Positions 8,904 to 17,509 of a stretch of 32,000 bases of DNA are shown piece after piece (position 1 is the stretch's first letter; each line of letters starts with the position of its first letter). Under the pieces are notes generated by a model. The model worked only from the letters and a program-made list of their open reading frames with translations. It was not told where the DNA came from and ran no database searches. The DNA is from Candidatus Odinarchaeota archaeon (GTDB taxonomy: Archaea > Asgardarchaeota > Odinarchaeia > Odinarchaeales > Odinarchaeaceae): positions 1 through 32,000 of the forward strand of contig JAWBON010000001.1 of NCBI GenBank assembly GCA_038826135.1. The letters run 5' to 3'. The position numbers were made by a program, and so were the translations under genes.

Positions 8904-10439
8904 ATGCAGTTACCGACACCCGCAAACTCAAGTTGGATGCTAATATCTCTGCTTATCTTAATTATCGGAGCCCCTGTAGTTTACTTATTCGGTAAACGCT
9001 TTGAAGAGAAGAGCGGCTGGCTTGCTACTGTAATCGCCGCAATAGCCACCGTCATCTTCGTAGTTATAGCAGGCTCTAACGTCTTAGCTGGAACACCAAT
9101 CTATGAATTATACACTTGGAACCCTGGCTTGCTAAGTCTGGATTTCGGATTATACGCTGACGGTTTAAGCACCCCCATAGCAGCTATAACTATGATATTA
9201 ACCACGCTGGCAACATTGTACAGTATATCCTATTTAAAAGAGGAGGGGAATAAGGGCTCCTACTTCGCTTTAATGCTTCTTTACATGACCGGTATGACCG
9301 GTGTAATCTTAGCCACGAATCTACTAGAATTCTTTGTTTTCTGGGAGCTTATGCTAATACCGTCATGGGCTATGATTGTACGCTGGGGAACTCCCGGTAA
9401 AGCTGCTAGAGCCGGCTTCAAATACTTCATGTTCACCCAGTTCGGTTCAATATGTATTCTTCTAGCGATAGGTGTAACATGGTTCATATCCTTCCAAGCA
9501 GGTTCACCAACCCTTAACATTTACGACCTGAATATAGTAGCCTCATCTTTAGCAACATTAGCTGTGCCCCTGTACCTTGTAGGCTTCTGTGTTAAAATGG
9601 CGATATTCCCAGTTCACACATGGCTGCCTGAAGCACACGGTGAGGCTCCAACACCTGTGTCCGCTATTCTTTCAGGTGTTATGATAGAGACAGCAGCCTA
9701 CGGTATCATCAGAATACCTGTAAATCTATTCGGTGTCACATTCACCGATGTCATATTGTTCACGGCGGGTGGATGGGTTATTAACGTTTCAACCATTATT
9801 ATGATCTTCGCAGTGATCACAATGATATACGGCGGAGTTATGGCGATAGCTCAAACAGATACGAAAAGACTCTTCGCATACTCATCTGTCAGCCAGATGG
9901 GTTATATATTATTCGGTATCTCCGCTGTAACATCTCTGGGACTGGCGGGTGCATCACTTCACATAGTAACTCACGCATTCGGTAAAGGCACCCTCTTCAT
10001 GATCGCGGGTATATTAATGACACAGATCGGGCATTTGAAAGGGAGAGATATAACTAAATTAAGCGGCTTAGCCTCTAGGATGCCTATCACCGCAACAATT
10101 ACCTTAATAGCGGGTTTAAGCATCGCAGGCACACCACCGTTAGCAGGCTTCGCAAGCGAATGGCTTATATTCGCGGGAGCAGCTTCAGCCTACCACATTG
10201 TACTTTTAATATTCGCAGTTTCTTCAACAGCGGTCACAGCAGGCTACATACTATGGTTTATTAGAAGAGTATTCTTCGGACCACCGCGCGAAGATCTTTC
10301 AAATGTTAAAGAAGCCCCCTGGACTATGCTTGTTCCAGTAGCGCTTTTAGCATTAGGAGCCATATTGATCGGGATATTCCCGAATATAATTCTAGATTAT
10401 CTATTACCTATAGCGCAACACATAGCGCCTTTAACGTGA
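8904..10439 (+). CDS. nuoM: NuoM-like antiporter subunit
   Basis: DGLS, FWELMLIP, KMAIFPVHTWLPEAHGEAPT, AYSSVSQMG and PPLAGFASE (NuoM-type TM12 Glu). The ATG at 8904 follows GGAGG and is preferred over the TTG at 8898. Confidence 0.9.
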   Translation: MQLPTPANSSWMLISLLILIIGAPVVYLFGKRFEEKSGWLATVIAAIATVIFVVIAGSNVLAGTPIYELYTWNPGLLSLDFGLYADGLSTPIAAITMILTTLATLYSISYLKEEGNKGSYFALMLLYMTGMTGVILATNLLEFFVFWELMLIPSWAMIVRWGTPGKAARAGFKYFMFTQFGSICILLAIGVTWFISFQAGSPTLNIYDLNIVASSLATLAVPLYLVGFCVKMAIFPVHTWLPEAHGEAPTPVSAILSGVMIETAAYGIIRIPVNLFGVTFTDVILFTAGGWVINVSTIIMIFAVITMIYGGVMAIAQTDTKRLFAYSSVSQMGYILFGISAVTSLGLAGASLHIVTHAFGKGTLFMIAGILMTQIGHLKGRDITKLSGLASRMPITATITLIAGLSIAGTPPLAGFASEWLIFAGAASAYHIVLLIFAVSSTAVTAGYILWFIRRVFFGPPREDLSNVKEAPWTMLVPVALLALGAILIGIFPNIILDYLLPIAQHIAPLT

Positions 10440-10452
10440 GGTTGGATGAAAA

Positions 10453-12015
10453 ATGCAGCTTGATCTAACAGTTCTGGTTTGGCTACTACCAATAATCTTA
10501 CCGCTTATAGGAGCTGTCCTAACACCCTTAATCCACTTAATATTCAGTAAACTTAAAGCGGAGCGGGCCACTGACTTCTTCGCATCTTTTATACTCGTAC
10601 TCACCTTATGGTCTGTCATAAACGTTTATCTTATGTTAACAGATCCCGCTCTAACACCTACAGGTGTGAAAACGATACTTATATTCGGTTCACCTGCAAC
10701 AGGTGGAACAGGGTTCGAAATAGACATATTCAGCTGGTTTATGAGTGTTGTATTCGTATCAATAGGCTTCATAGTAACCATATACAGCATAAAATACATG
10801 GATAAAGATGACGGTCTGGAGAAATACTATATATTGCTTCAAACACTGGTAGCGGGAATGGTTGGAGTCGTTTACGCCGCTGACCTTTTCACATTATTCG
10901 TTTTCTGGGAGATAATGGCGTTATCAGGGTACAGTCTTGTTTCATTCAGGAAAAGTAAATGGGAGCCTATTGAAGCAGGCTATAAATATCTTATAATGAG
11001 CGCATTCGGCTCAACCCTTATACTCTTCTCGATCTCTTACCTATACGGTTTAACAGGCACACTTAACATAGCCTACTTAGGGTCAATCATCTCCACTGTG
11101 ACACCTAACCCGATGCTTTACATACTGTTAGGGATGTTGATATCAGGTTTCGGGGTTACAGCTTCAATCGTTCCATTCCACTCATGGCTTCCAGACGCTC
11201 ACCCCGCAGCCCCCAGCGGGATAAGCGCTATGCTCAGCGGGGTTGTTATAAAAACCGGTGTATACGCTATACTCAGAGTAGGCTCAGTTATATTCGCTCC
11301 GGGTATATGGAATTTCGGATTCATTGTAGCTGGATTCGCGGTTATAACCATGCTAGTCGGAAATATAATGGCTATGCTTCAAAACGATTTTAAGCGGCTT
11401 TTAGCATTCTCAAGCATAGCTAATATAGGATATATTATAGCAGGTCTTTCAATAGCATTCCTAGGTGTGGACGCATCCGCTCAAACCATAGCGTTAACAG
11501 GTAGTATATTCCACCTTCTCAACCACGCTATGGCTAAGGGGCTGCTCTTCCTTGTTTCCGGAGCCTTCCTATACCAGGTTCACACCAGGGATCTTAATCT
11601 TCTTAAAGGTATTGGGAGAAAGATGCCTATAACTGCTTTCTGTATGATTCTGGCGATTCTCTCGATTGCAGGTGTACCCCCGCTTCCCGGGTTCTTCAGC
11701 AAATTCATGATTATTTGGGGGCAGGCAGCAACCGGTAGTGTCGCAGGGATAGTTTTAGCAGCTTTAACATTGTTTAACAGTGCTCTCTCAATCGCATATT
11801 ATCTAAGAATCCTTGGCATAACAGTGTTCTCAGAGCCGTCTGAGAAAGTAGCTGAAGTTAAAGAATCTCCTATTGGAATACTTATCCCAATCGCTATACT
11901 CGCTGTAGCGATTTTCATATTAGGTGTTTGGAACACGCCTATACTCGACCTGATACAGCAGGTGGCGTATTCAGTTCTTAACCCTGCTTCATATATAGGG
12001 GCTGTTGTTCCATAG
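10453..12015 (+). CDS. nuoN: NuoN/MrpD-like antiporter subunit
   Basis: FWEIMAL, PFHSWLPDAHPAAP, IKTG, KRLLAFSSIANIGY, PPLPGFFSKF and AYYLR (NuoN-type C-terminal motif). Confidence 0.85.
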   Translation: MQLDLTVLVWLLPIILPLIGAVLTPLIHLIFSKLKAERATDFFASFILVLTLWSVINVYLMLTDPALTPTGVKTILIFGSPATGGTGFEIDIFSWFMSVVFVSIGFIVTIYSIKYMDKDDGLEKYYILLQTLVAGMVGVVYAADLFTLFVFWEIMALSGYSLVSFRKSKWEPIEAGYKYLIMSAFGSTLILFSISYLYGLTGTLNIAYLGSIISTVTPNPMLYILLGMLISGFGVTASIVPFHSWLPDAHPAAPSGISAMLSGVVIKTGVYAILRVGSVIFAPGIWNFGFIVAGFAVITMLVGNIMAMLQNDFKRLLAFSSIANIGYIIAGLSIAFLGVDASAQTIALTGSIFHLLNHAMAKGLLFLVSGAFLYQVHTRDLNLLKGIGRKMPITAFCMILAILSIAGVPPLPGFFSKFMIIWGQAATGSVAGIVLAALTLFNSALSIAYYLRILGITVFSEPSEKVAEVKESPIGILIPIAILAVAIFILGVWNTPILDLIQQVAYSVLNPASYIGAVVP

Positions 12016-12029
12016 CCCCTTTAACACTA

Positions 12030-12049
12030 TTTTTATTTTTTAAAAAAAA
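12030..12049. terminator. Bidirectional oligo-T/oligo-A terminator between convergent genes
   Basis: TTTTTATTTTTT followed directly by AAAAAAAA, between the stops at 12015 (+) and 12053 (-). Confidence 0.5.
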
Positions 12050-12052
12050 CGT

Positions 12053-12790
12053 TTAGAACGGGAATTCTCCTTTAATAACTGTACCGCTGTTTCCATCGAT
12101 AATAACGTTGAATAATTCATTTTTATATTTATAGACTATAAACCATAACGGTGCGTGTAAATAAACGGTTTGATTAAATTCAAACTCGTTTTTAAACTCA
12201 ATCAGCTTATCCACGCTGTTTAACACTAAAATTTTATGGTGCGCTTCAATCTCCTGTTGAGCTGTTCTTTTAGCTTCATCCTCATTTATCTCAGAGTTTA
12301 ATATTATAGAATTTCTAGGAATCTGGATAAAGTTGAAAACAACCCTTCTAGATAAAGGTATTTCAAACTCCTTGGTTGGGAAACTTGCTCCTCTTCTACC
12401 TAGAACCCGCCAATTATACTCTTTGATTATACTATCCTTTTTCCTGACCGGCGGTGTTAAACGTTCAAACACGCCTTCAAATAAAGTTGTTACTTTAACA
12501 GATAATATCCAGAACGGTAAGTATTTCAACTCTTTCAATTCTATTTTAGATTTTTTAACTAAATCCTTAGGTTTAATAAAACCCTCCTTCATCCAATCCA
12601 CCAGTACACTGTCTATCTTATCCTCAGAGTATTTTAAGGGCAACATTGAATGATCTAAGATAAACGGTTTACTTACATCTATCAACTGTGTTGAACCACA
12701 GTATTTACATGTAATAATAGCCTCGTTCTCAGCGTATTGAAGCGGCGCTCCACAGTTACTGCAATACACTCCCTTTGTTATCTGCGGCAT
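12053..12790 (-). CDS. Zn-ribbon-containing protein (CxxC-x17-CxxC plus conserved alpha/beta C-terminal domain)
   Basis: CSNCGAPL...CKYCGS, YLPFW and PLWFIVYKY...VIIDGNSGTVIKGEFP. Confidence 0.8.
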   Translation of the reverse strand: MPQITKGVYCSNCGAPLQYAENEAIITCKYCGSTQLIDVSKPFILDHSMLPLKYSEDKIDSVLVDWMKEGFIKPKDLVKKSKIELKELKYLPFWILSVKVTTLFEGVFERLTPPVRKKDSIIKEYNWRVLGRRGASFPTKEFEIPLSRRVVFNFIQIPRNSIILNSEINEDEAKRTAQQEIEAHHKILVLNSVDKLIEFKNEFEFNQTVYLHAPLWFIVYKYKNELFNVIIDGNSGTVIKGEFPF

Positions 12791-12875
12791 ACTACCTCAA
12801 CTTTTAAAAATTAAAGTGATTAATATTATTGGTGATTAAAATAACTATTAAACGGTTTCCCTAACCGGTGTTTAA

Positions 12876-13991
12876 ATGAATTTAACACAGTTAAAAACTA
12901 AAATCGGACAGTCACTGGCTCTAATAATAATATTAGAGTTAATATTTATTTTCGCAATAGTATACGTGATCGACTATTTCTTTGACGCTCTCTACTGGGT
13001 TCCAATATTTACAACAGGATATTATTTCCCAATAGCTAGAGATCTAATATGGGGTTTTATCGCTGTAGCTGTTTTTCTAATAGTTCAGTGGAGTTTAGGC
13101 TCATCATCAGTCGACTACGCTATGAGACCACGCCTCCTCCGTAAAGGTGAGAACCCCTGGATTGAGCAAACAGTTAACGAGTTATCTGAAAAATCAGGTA
13201 TTAAACCACCTAAAATAAAGATTGTAGACATGGACGCTCCTAACGCGTTTGTTTACGGTAGAACCGTAAACAGCTCCTCCCTGTGCTTGACAACAGGCCT
13301 CTTAAAATCGCTTAATAGGAATGAGATTAAAGCGGTTATAGGCCATGAACTAGGTCATTTAAGACATAAAGACGTTATAATAATGACATTAGCGGCAGGA
13401 GTTCCGCTGCTAGCTCTTCTAGTTTTAAGAGGCGGCTTATATACAGCCGCTACTATAGGCCGTACTTCCCGGCCAGGCGGCAAAGGGGATGGAGGCGCCT
13501 TCATAGTAATAATTTTAATAATCGTGGCTATTGCCTCCGCTATTTTCTTCCTATCACTGCTCGCCGTAAGAGGTCTCAGTAGGCTTAGAGAGCATTACGC
13601 GGACGCTCATGCTGCAATAGCCACAGCAGACCCGCACTCTATGCAAAGCGCTTTAGCTAAGATAACTTGGGGTCTTTCAATAGCACCTAAAAGTAATCAA
13701 AGCGATGCTATGAGAAACCTTTACATAGCCGACTCTTCTCAAGCCAAGTTGGAAGTAGCCTACGTGCGAGAGCATAAAGAAGAGTTTGATCTCGATAAAG
13801 ACGGTGTTCTGGATGAGCAGGAACTGGTAATCGCTATGGAAAAAGAGGCTAAAAAATCAAAACTTAGCGGGTTAAGCGCTAAATTCGCCACTCATCCACC
13901 AACATATAAGAGGATTCTCCTTCTGAAAAAAATAGAGAAAGAGCTTCAAACAATCCCCGCTGAGAAATTAAATATTAAAAAACTAATTTAA
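12876..13991 (+). CDS. htpX: HtpX-family (M48) membrane zinc metalloprotease with EF-hand-like insert
   Basis: N-terminal TMs, PNAFVYGR, AVIGHELGH (HExxH), SRLREHYAD and THPP. Confidence 0.93.
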   Translation: MNLTQLKTKIGQSLALIIILELIFIFAIVYVIDYFFDALYWVPIFTTGYYFPIARDLIWGFIAVAVFLIVQWSLGSSSVDYAMRPRLLRKGENPWIEQTVNELSEKSGIKPPKIKIVDMDAPNAFVYGRTVNSSSLCLTTGLLKSLNRNEIKAVIGHELGHLRHKDVIIMTLAAGVPLLALLVLRGGLYTAATIGRTSRPGGKGDGGAFIVIILIIVAIASAIFFLSLLAVRGLSRLREHYADAHAAIATADPHSMQSALAKITWGLSIAPKSNQSDAMRNLYIADSSQAKLEVAYVREHKEEFDLDKDGVLDEQELVIAMEKEAKKSKLSGLSAKFATHPPTYKRILLLKKIEKELQTIPAEKLNIKKLI

Positions 13992-14626
13992 ACATTAGAC
14001 GCTATTCTTTCCAGAAACACGGCTTGCTGATTAATTAAACCCATTATTGTCAGTATCTCTCTACCGTTCTCCGTTAACCCGTAGTTGTTACCAACCTTCT
14101 CAACTAAATTCTGCTCGACTAAAGCGTTTATATGATGGTATAGAGAGCCCCCTTTCTTACCTGAAAGCTGTTGAATCTCCTTCGCAGATCTATCCCGCTC
14201 AGCCAGCGAACACAATATTCTTATCCTGTCAACGTTTGAAAGAGCGGAAAGATAGTTCGCTATTCTCTCAAAGGATCTATCGCTATCCCCGATTATATCC
14301 TCAGTGTCAAACTCCATAACCATACTATGCATTGGAATAGCTTGATTTTGGAAAAATCTAACAGATGATAAGAATACAATCCCCTTCTGTATCCTCCTAG
14401 AAGCGGAAACACTTTCAAAAATAATTCTATCAAGCGCATCCTGTTTAACAGACTCCTTATCTTTTATAATCGGTGTTAGACTATCTTTCTCTGAAGAAGG
14501 CTGCTGCTCTATTAATCTAACAATTTTATCAAGCATTAACCTTAACCCTGTAACATCAATCTTAACACCTTCAAGGTTTGTTAACTGTTTTTTAAGTGTT
14601 TGAATCTCTTTTTCAACGCTTTCCAT
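13988..14626 (-). CDS. ArsR-like winged-helix transcription regulator with N-terminal extension
   Basis: C-terminal LSALSNVDRIRILCSLAERDRSAKEIQQLSGKKGGSLYHHINALVEQNLV...YGLTENG. Confidence 0.85.
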   Translation of the reverse strand: MESVEKEIQTLKKQLTNLEGVKIDVTGLRLMLDKIVRLIEQQPSSEKDSLTPIIKDKESVKQDALDRIIFESVSASRRIQKGIVFLSSVRFFQNQAIPMHSMVMEFDTEDIIGDSDRSFERIANYLSALSNVDRIRILCSLAERDRSAKEIQQLSGKKGGSLYHHINALVEQNLVEKVGNNYGLTENGREILTIMGLINQQAVFLERIASNV

Positions 14627-14639
14627 ATCATCCCAACTG

Positions 14640-14695
14640 TAATGTTAATACATAAAAGTGTAGTATATTAACATTATTATGTAATTATGTTACAT
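14640..14695. promoter_or_regulatory. Two inverted repeats, candidate operator upstream of the wHTH gene
   Basis: taatgttaata-N15-tattaacatta (14640-14676) and atgtaa-N5-ttacat (14679-14695). Confidence 0.55.
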
Positions 14696-14874
14696 TTAAA
14701 ACTTTCTATTTAAAAAAAACTCCACCAAACTGTATTAAATAAGTGAAAAACCGACAAAAATCTTTTTTTCAACAAACCCCTCTACCAGTTAAATTAAAAA
14801 TATCACAGTAAGTTTTAAATTAAATAATTTCAAGTTATATATATCTTAGTGAACAGTTTTTTAGGTGAACGATT

Positions 14875-15384
14875 TTGAGGAAAAGCAACGGGCTGACCTC
14901 AGTTTTAGTTAAAATAAATGAGCGCTACAATGTTTTAAAAACCGCTTACAATCAGCGAATGGACGAGCTTCTGGAAATGGCTAGTAAGTTAAACTCTAAT
15001 ACAGGCGAGGAGAGTGTTAAATTAGCAGTTTTATTACAGCAGAAAATATACTCGTGCTCCGAGATCATAATACAGTTTCAAAGCTGGCTTGACGATATTC
15101 AAAGCTTGGAGATCGTTGACGGATTGGAGAAGAAATTAAAAATTTTATACGCTCACACCCGAAACGAATTCAGCACGCTTGAAGAGTTTCAAATTCTAGT
15201 AAAAGACTATCTAAAAACGCAGATAAGCGACACCCCTCTTATTAAAGATGTTCAGCAGACTTTGAAAAACATGATTAAACTATTAACCGACTCGAAACAT
15301 TACACCAATAAACAGATAGAGGATGTATATTCAATGTTATTCAATAAAAGGAAGCTGATTGACAGTCTCTCAGAGCATATTTGA
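14875..15384 (+). CDS. Hypothetical all-helical soluble protein
   Basis: 169-aa ORF with TTG start and a GGTGA RBS upstream. Heptad-like pattern but no recognised motif. Confidence 0.65.
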   Translation: MRKSNGLTSVLVKINERYNVLKTAYNQRMDELLEMASKLNSNTGEESVKLAVLLQQKIYSCSEIIIQFQSWLDDIQSLEIVDGLEKKLKILYAHTRNEFSTLEEFQILVKDYLKTQISDTPLIKDVQQTLKNMIKLLTDSKHYTNKQIEDVYSMLFNKRKLIDSLSEHI

Positions 15385-15542
15385 CAGTTATCTCTAATTT
15401 TTCTCTTTTTAAAAATCATATAGCGTTAACATTATATTAATATGGTTAAAATCGTATTGCAGCTGGTGGGGGTAAGTTTCCTGGGAACACCACGTCACGT
15501 TTACACGCAGGTCTCTGAATTTTACTGGATAAAGATTAAATA

Positions 15543-15550
15543 TTTAAATA
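15543..15550 (+). promoter_or_regulatory. TATA box of the ATPase I-C-K operon
   Basis: TTTAAATA about 57 nt upstream of the ATG at 15607. Confidence 0.45.
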
Positions 15551-15606
15551 TAACAATTGTAAAACGTTATGAAAGTTAACAATTATTCAGAGCGGATGGG
15601 GCTAAT

Positions 15607-17496
15607 ATGCTTAAACCAGCTAAGATGAGTAAATTTACAATTATCGCGTTAGATGAATACGCAGATGATTTAATCAGATTGCTGGGTAATCTAGGAATCG
15701 CTCAATTAGTGAATGTGAGTGAGAAGATCGCAGCATATAATGGTTTGATTCAACCAGTTGAGCCGGGCGACTACTATTACCGGGTTTCAGCCCTTTTATC
15801 CCAGGTAGAGGGGTTAATCGGCGACCTCGCTGTTCAGGAAATAGAGGATGTTAAAGAAAAGAAACGTCATCAAAAACTCAGCGAGGACGAGTTAACTAAA
15901 ATAGAGGATGAAGTTAGGAAAATTGAGGAAGAATATCTCACTCTTTCAAAAGAATATGACACGTTAAAAGAAAAAACAGATTTGACAATAGACGAAGAAA
16001 AAAGACTAGCCGAGCTTGAAGAGAATAAAGTTGATCTTAAAAAAAGAGTGAGTAAAAACCTACTTGTTCTCCGAGAGATTCTGCAAATAGAGCAACGTAT
16101 AGAAGAAGTTAAAGGAATGTCAGGTAAAACCGACCGCTCTTTTATGTTTGAAGGCTGGGTTGAAGAGCGAAAGGTTAAAACACTTCAAGAATCAGTGTTA
16201 AAGATTACAGGGAATAATTGTATTATTAAAATAGACGCACCTAAAAAAGAAGATAAACCGCCTGTGTTAATAGAGAACCCTAAATTAATTAAACCCGTTC
16301 AAATGCTTACAGTAGGGTTCTCAGTTCCATCATACAAGGAAATAGACCCGACGCTTCTAGCATCTATCACATTCCCCATATTCTTCGGGATAATGTTCGC
16401 CGATATAGGTCACGGGTTAATACTTTTAATCCCATCCCTTCTAGGATATATATCATTGAAAAAGGGTCACCCTAACTTTGAAGGGATGGTAGGCTGGTGG
16501 GTTAAAGGATCCCCTCTATTAGTCTCCTGCTCGGTGTCATCTATTTTCTTCGGTATATTATTCGGTGAAATGCTAGGCTTCTCCATAGTAGCTGAACCCT
16601 GGTATATAGCGTTAGCTCCGTATCTATTATTCTTAAGACAAGCGCTTGTAGGCTTATTCACATTCTTCGACTACGACGGCGGTGTTAAAATACTTACTGA
16701 CCCCAACTATGTTAACCCAGCTACAGGTATCGCTGAATACTCTCCGCTTCCAGGTGAATTGTGGGTTGATCCCGTAACCCACTTAGAACATTACAGCGGT
16801 CCTATACTTTTCAGCCCCTTCCACCACCCCTTCCTATTATTCGCGCTATCGATTATGATCGGAGTCATGCATCTTTTAGTGGGATTAATTCTCGGCGTTG
16901 TTAACAGTATTAAAAAAGGTAAAATATTGGAAGGAATAGTTGACAGAGGATTCTGGATATGGTTCTACATAGGTCTCGTATACTTAGCTTTTAATAGAGG
17001 TGTAACTTTCACAAACTGGTTCTCAACATTCAGTTTAACAGACGTGTCATTCTACTTATTCGCTATGCCTTTTGCCGGTCTCATATTCGGTAAACTAGTA
17101 GCTCACCGAAACATTATGGAAGGCTTCATAGGAACCTTCGAAGTTCTAGTATCCTCAATATCAAACACTATCTCGTATACTCGTATTCTCGCTTTAAACC
17201 AGGTTCACGCTGGATTCAGCAAGACATTTATAAACTTGGGGACATCCCCTGTTTACCACCCAATACTGCACGAGTATCTGCCAGCCTCCGACGCAGGCTT
17301 TTTAGTATTTCAACCGACACTTTACTATGTAATGTTTATTGTAACACAGATCGGTTTAGTAATGTTTCTGGAAGGATTACTAACATTCATAAACACTCTC
17401 AGGTTACATTGGGTTGAATGGTTCCTTAAATTCTATGAGGGAGGAGGCTCAGAGTTTAAGCCGTTTAAAATAAGTAGAGTATATACCTCAGGTTAG
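15607..17496 (+). CDS. atpI: A/V-type ATP synthase subunit I (a)
   Basis: MLKPAKMSK start, FEGWV, PSYKEIDPT, FFGIMFADIGHG, SNTISYTRILAL (essential Arg526) and LRLHWVEWFLKFYEGGG. Confidence 0.95.
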   Translation: MLKPAKMSKFTIIALDEYADDLIRLLGNLGIAQLVNVSEKIAAYNGLIQPVEPGDYYYRVSALLSQVEGLIGDLAVQEIEDVKEKKRHQKLSEDELTKIEDEVRKIEEEYLTLSKEYDTLKEKTDLTIDEEKRLAELEENKVDLKKRVSKNLLVLREILQIEQRIEEVKGMSGKTDRSFMFEGWVEERKVKTLQESVLKITGNNCIIKIDAPKKEDKPPVLIENPKLIKPVQMLTVGFSVPSYKEIDPTLLASITFPIFFGIMFADIGHGLILLIPSLLGYISLKKGHPNFEGMVGWWVKGSPLLVSCSVSSIFFGILFGEMLGFSIVAEPWYIALAPYLLFLRQALVGLFTFFDYDGGVKILTDPNYVNPATGIAEYSPLPGELWVDPVTHLEHYSGPILFSPFHHPFLLFALSIMIGVMHLLVGLILGVVNSIKKGKILEGIVDRGFWIWFYIGLVYLAFNRGVTFTNWFSTFSLTDVSFYLFAMPFAGLIFGKLVAHRNIMEGFIGTFEVLVSSISNTISYTRILALNQVHAGFSKTFINLGTSPVYHPILHEYLPASDAGFLVFQPTLYYVMFIVTQIGLVMFLEGLLTFINTLRLHWVEWFLKFYEGGGSEFKPFKISRVYTSG

Positions 17497-17509
17497 GAGT
17501 GTTATATTA

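Noticed and set aside
3342-14319. Short nested ORFs at 3342, 4206, 9281, 10431, 10608, 11184, 12333 and 14047
   Set aside because: They lie within or antisense to well-supported genes and have no recognisable features.
14875-15384. ESCRT-III/CdvB assignment for the 169-aa helical ORF (LDDIQSLEIV resembles LDTVQEL)
   Set aside because: Spacing from the hairpin turn is about one heptad short, the basic-N/acidic-C charge split is missing, and the similarity could be generic coiled coil.
15442-15579. 45-codon ATG ORF across the GC island
   Set aside because: No RBS, runs through the atpI TATA box, and has no protein-like features.
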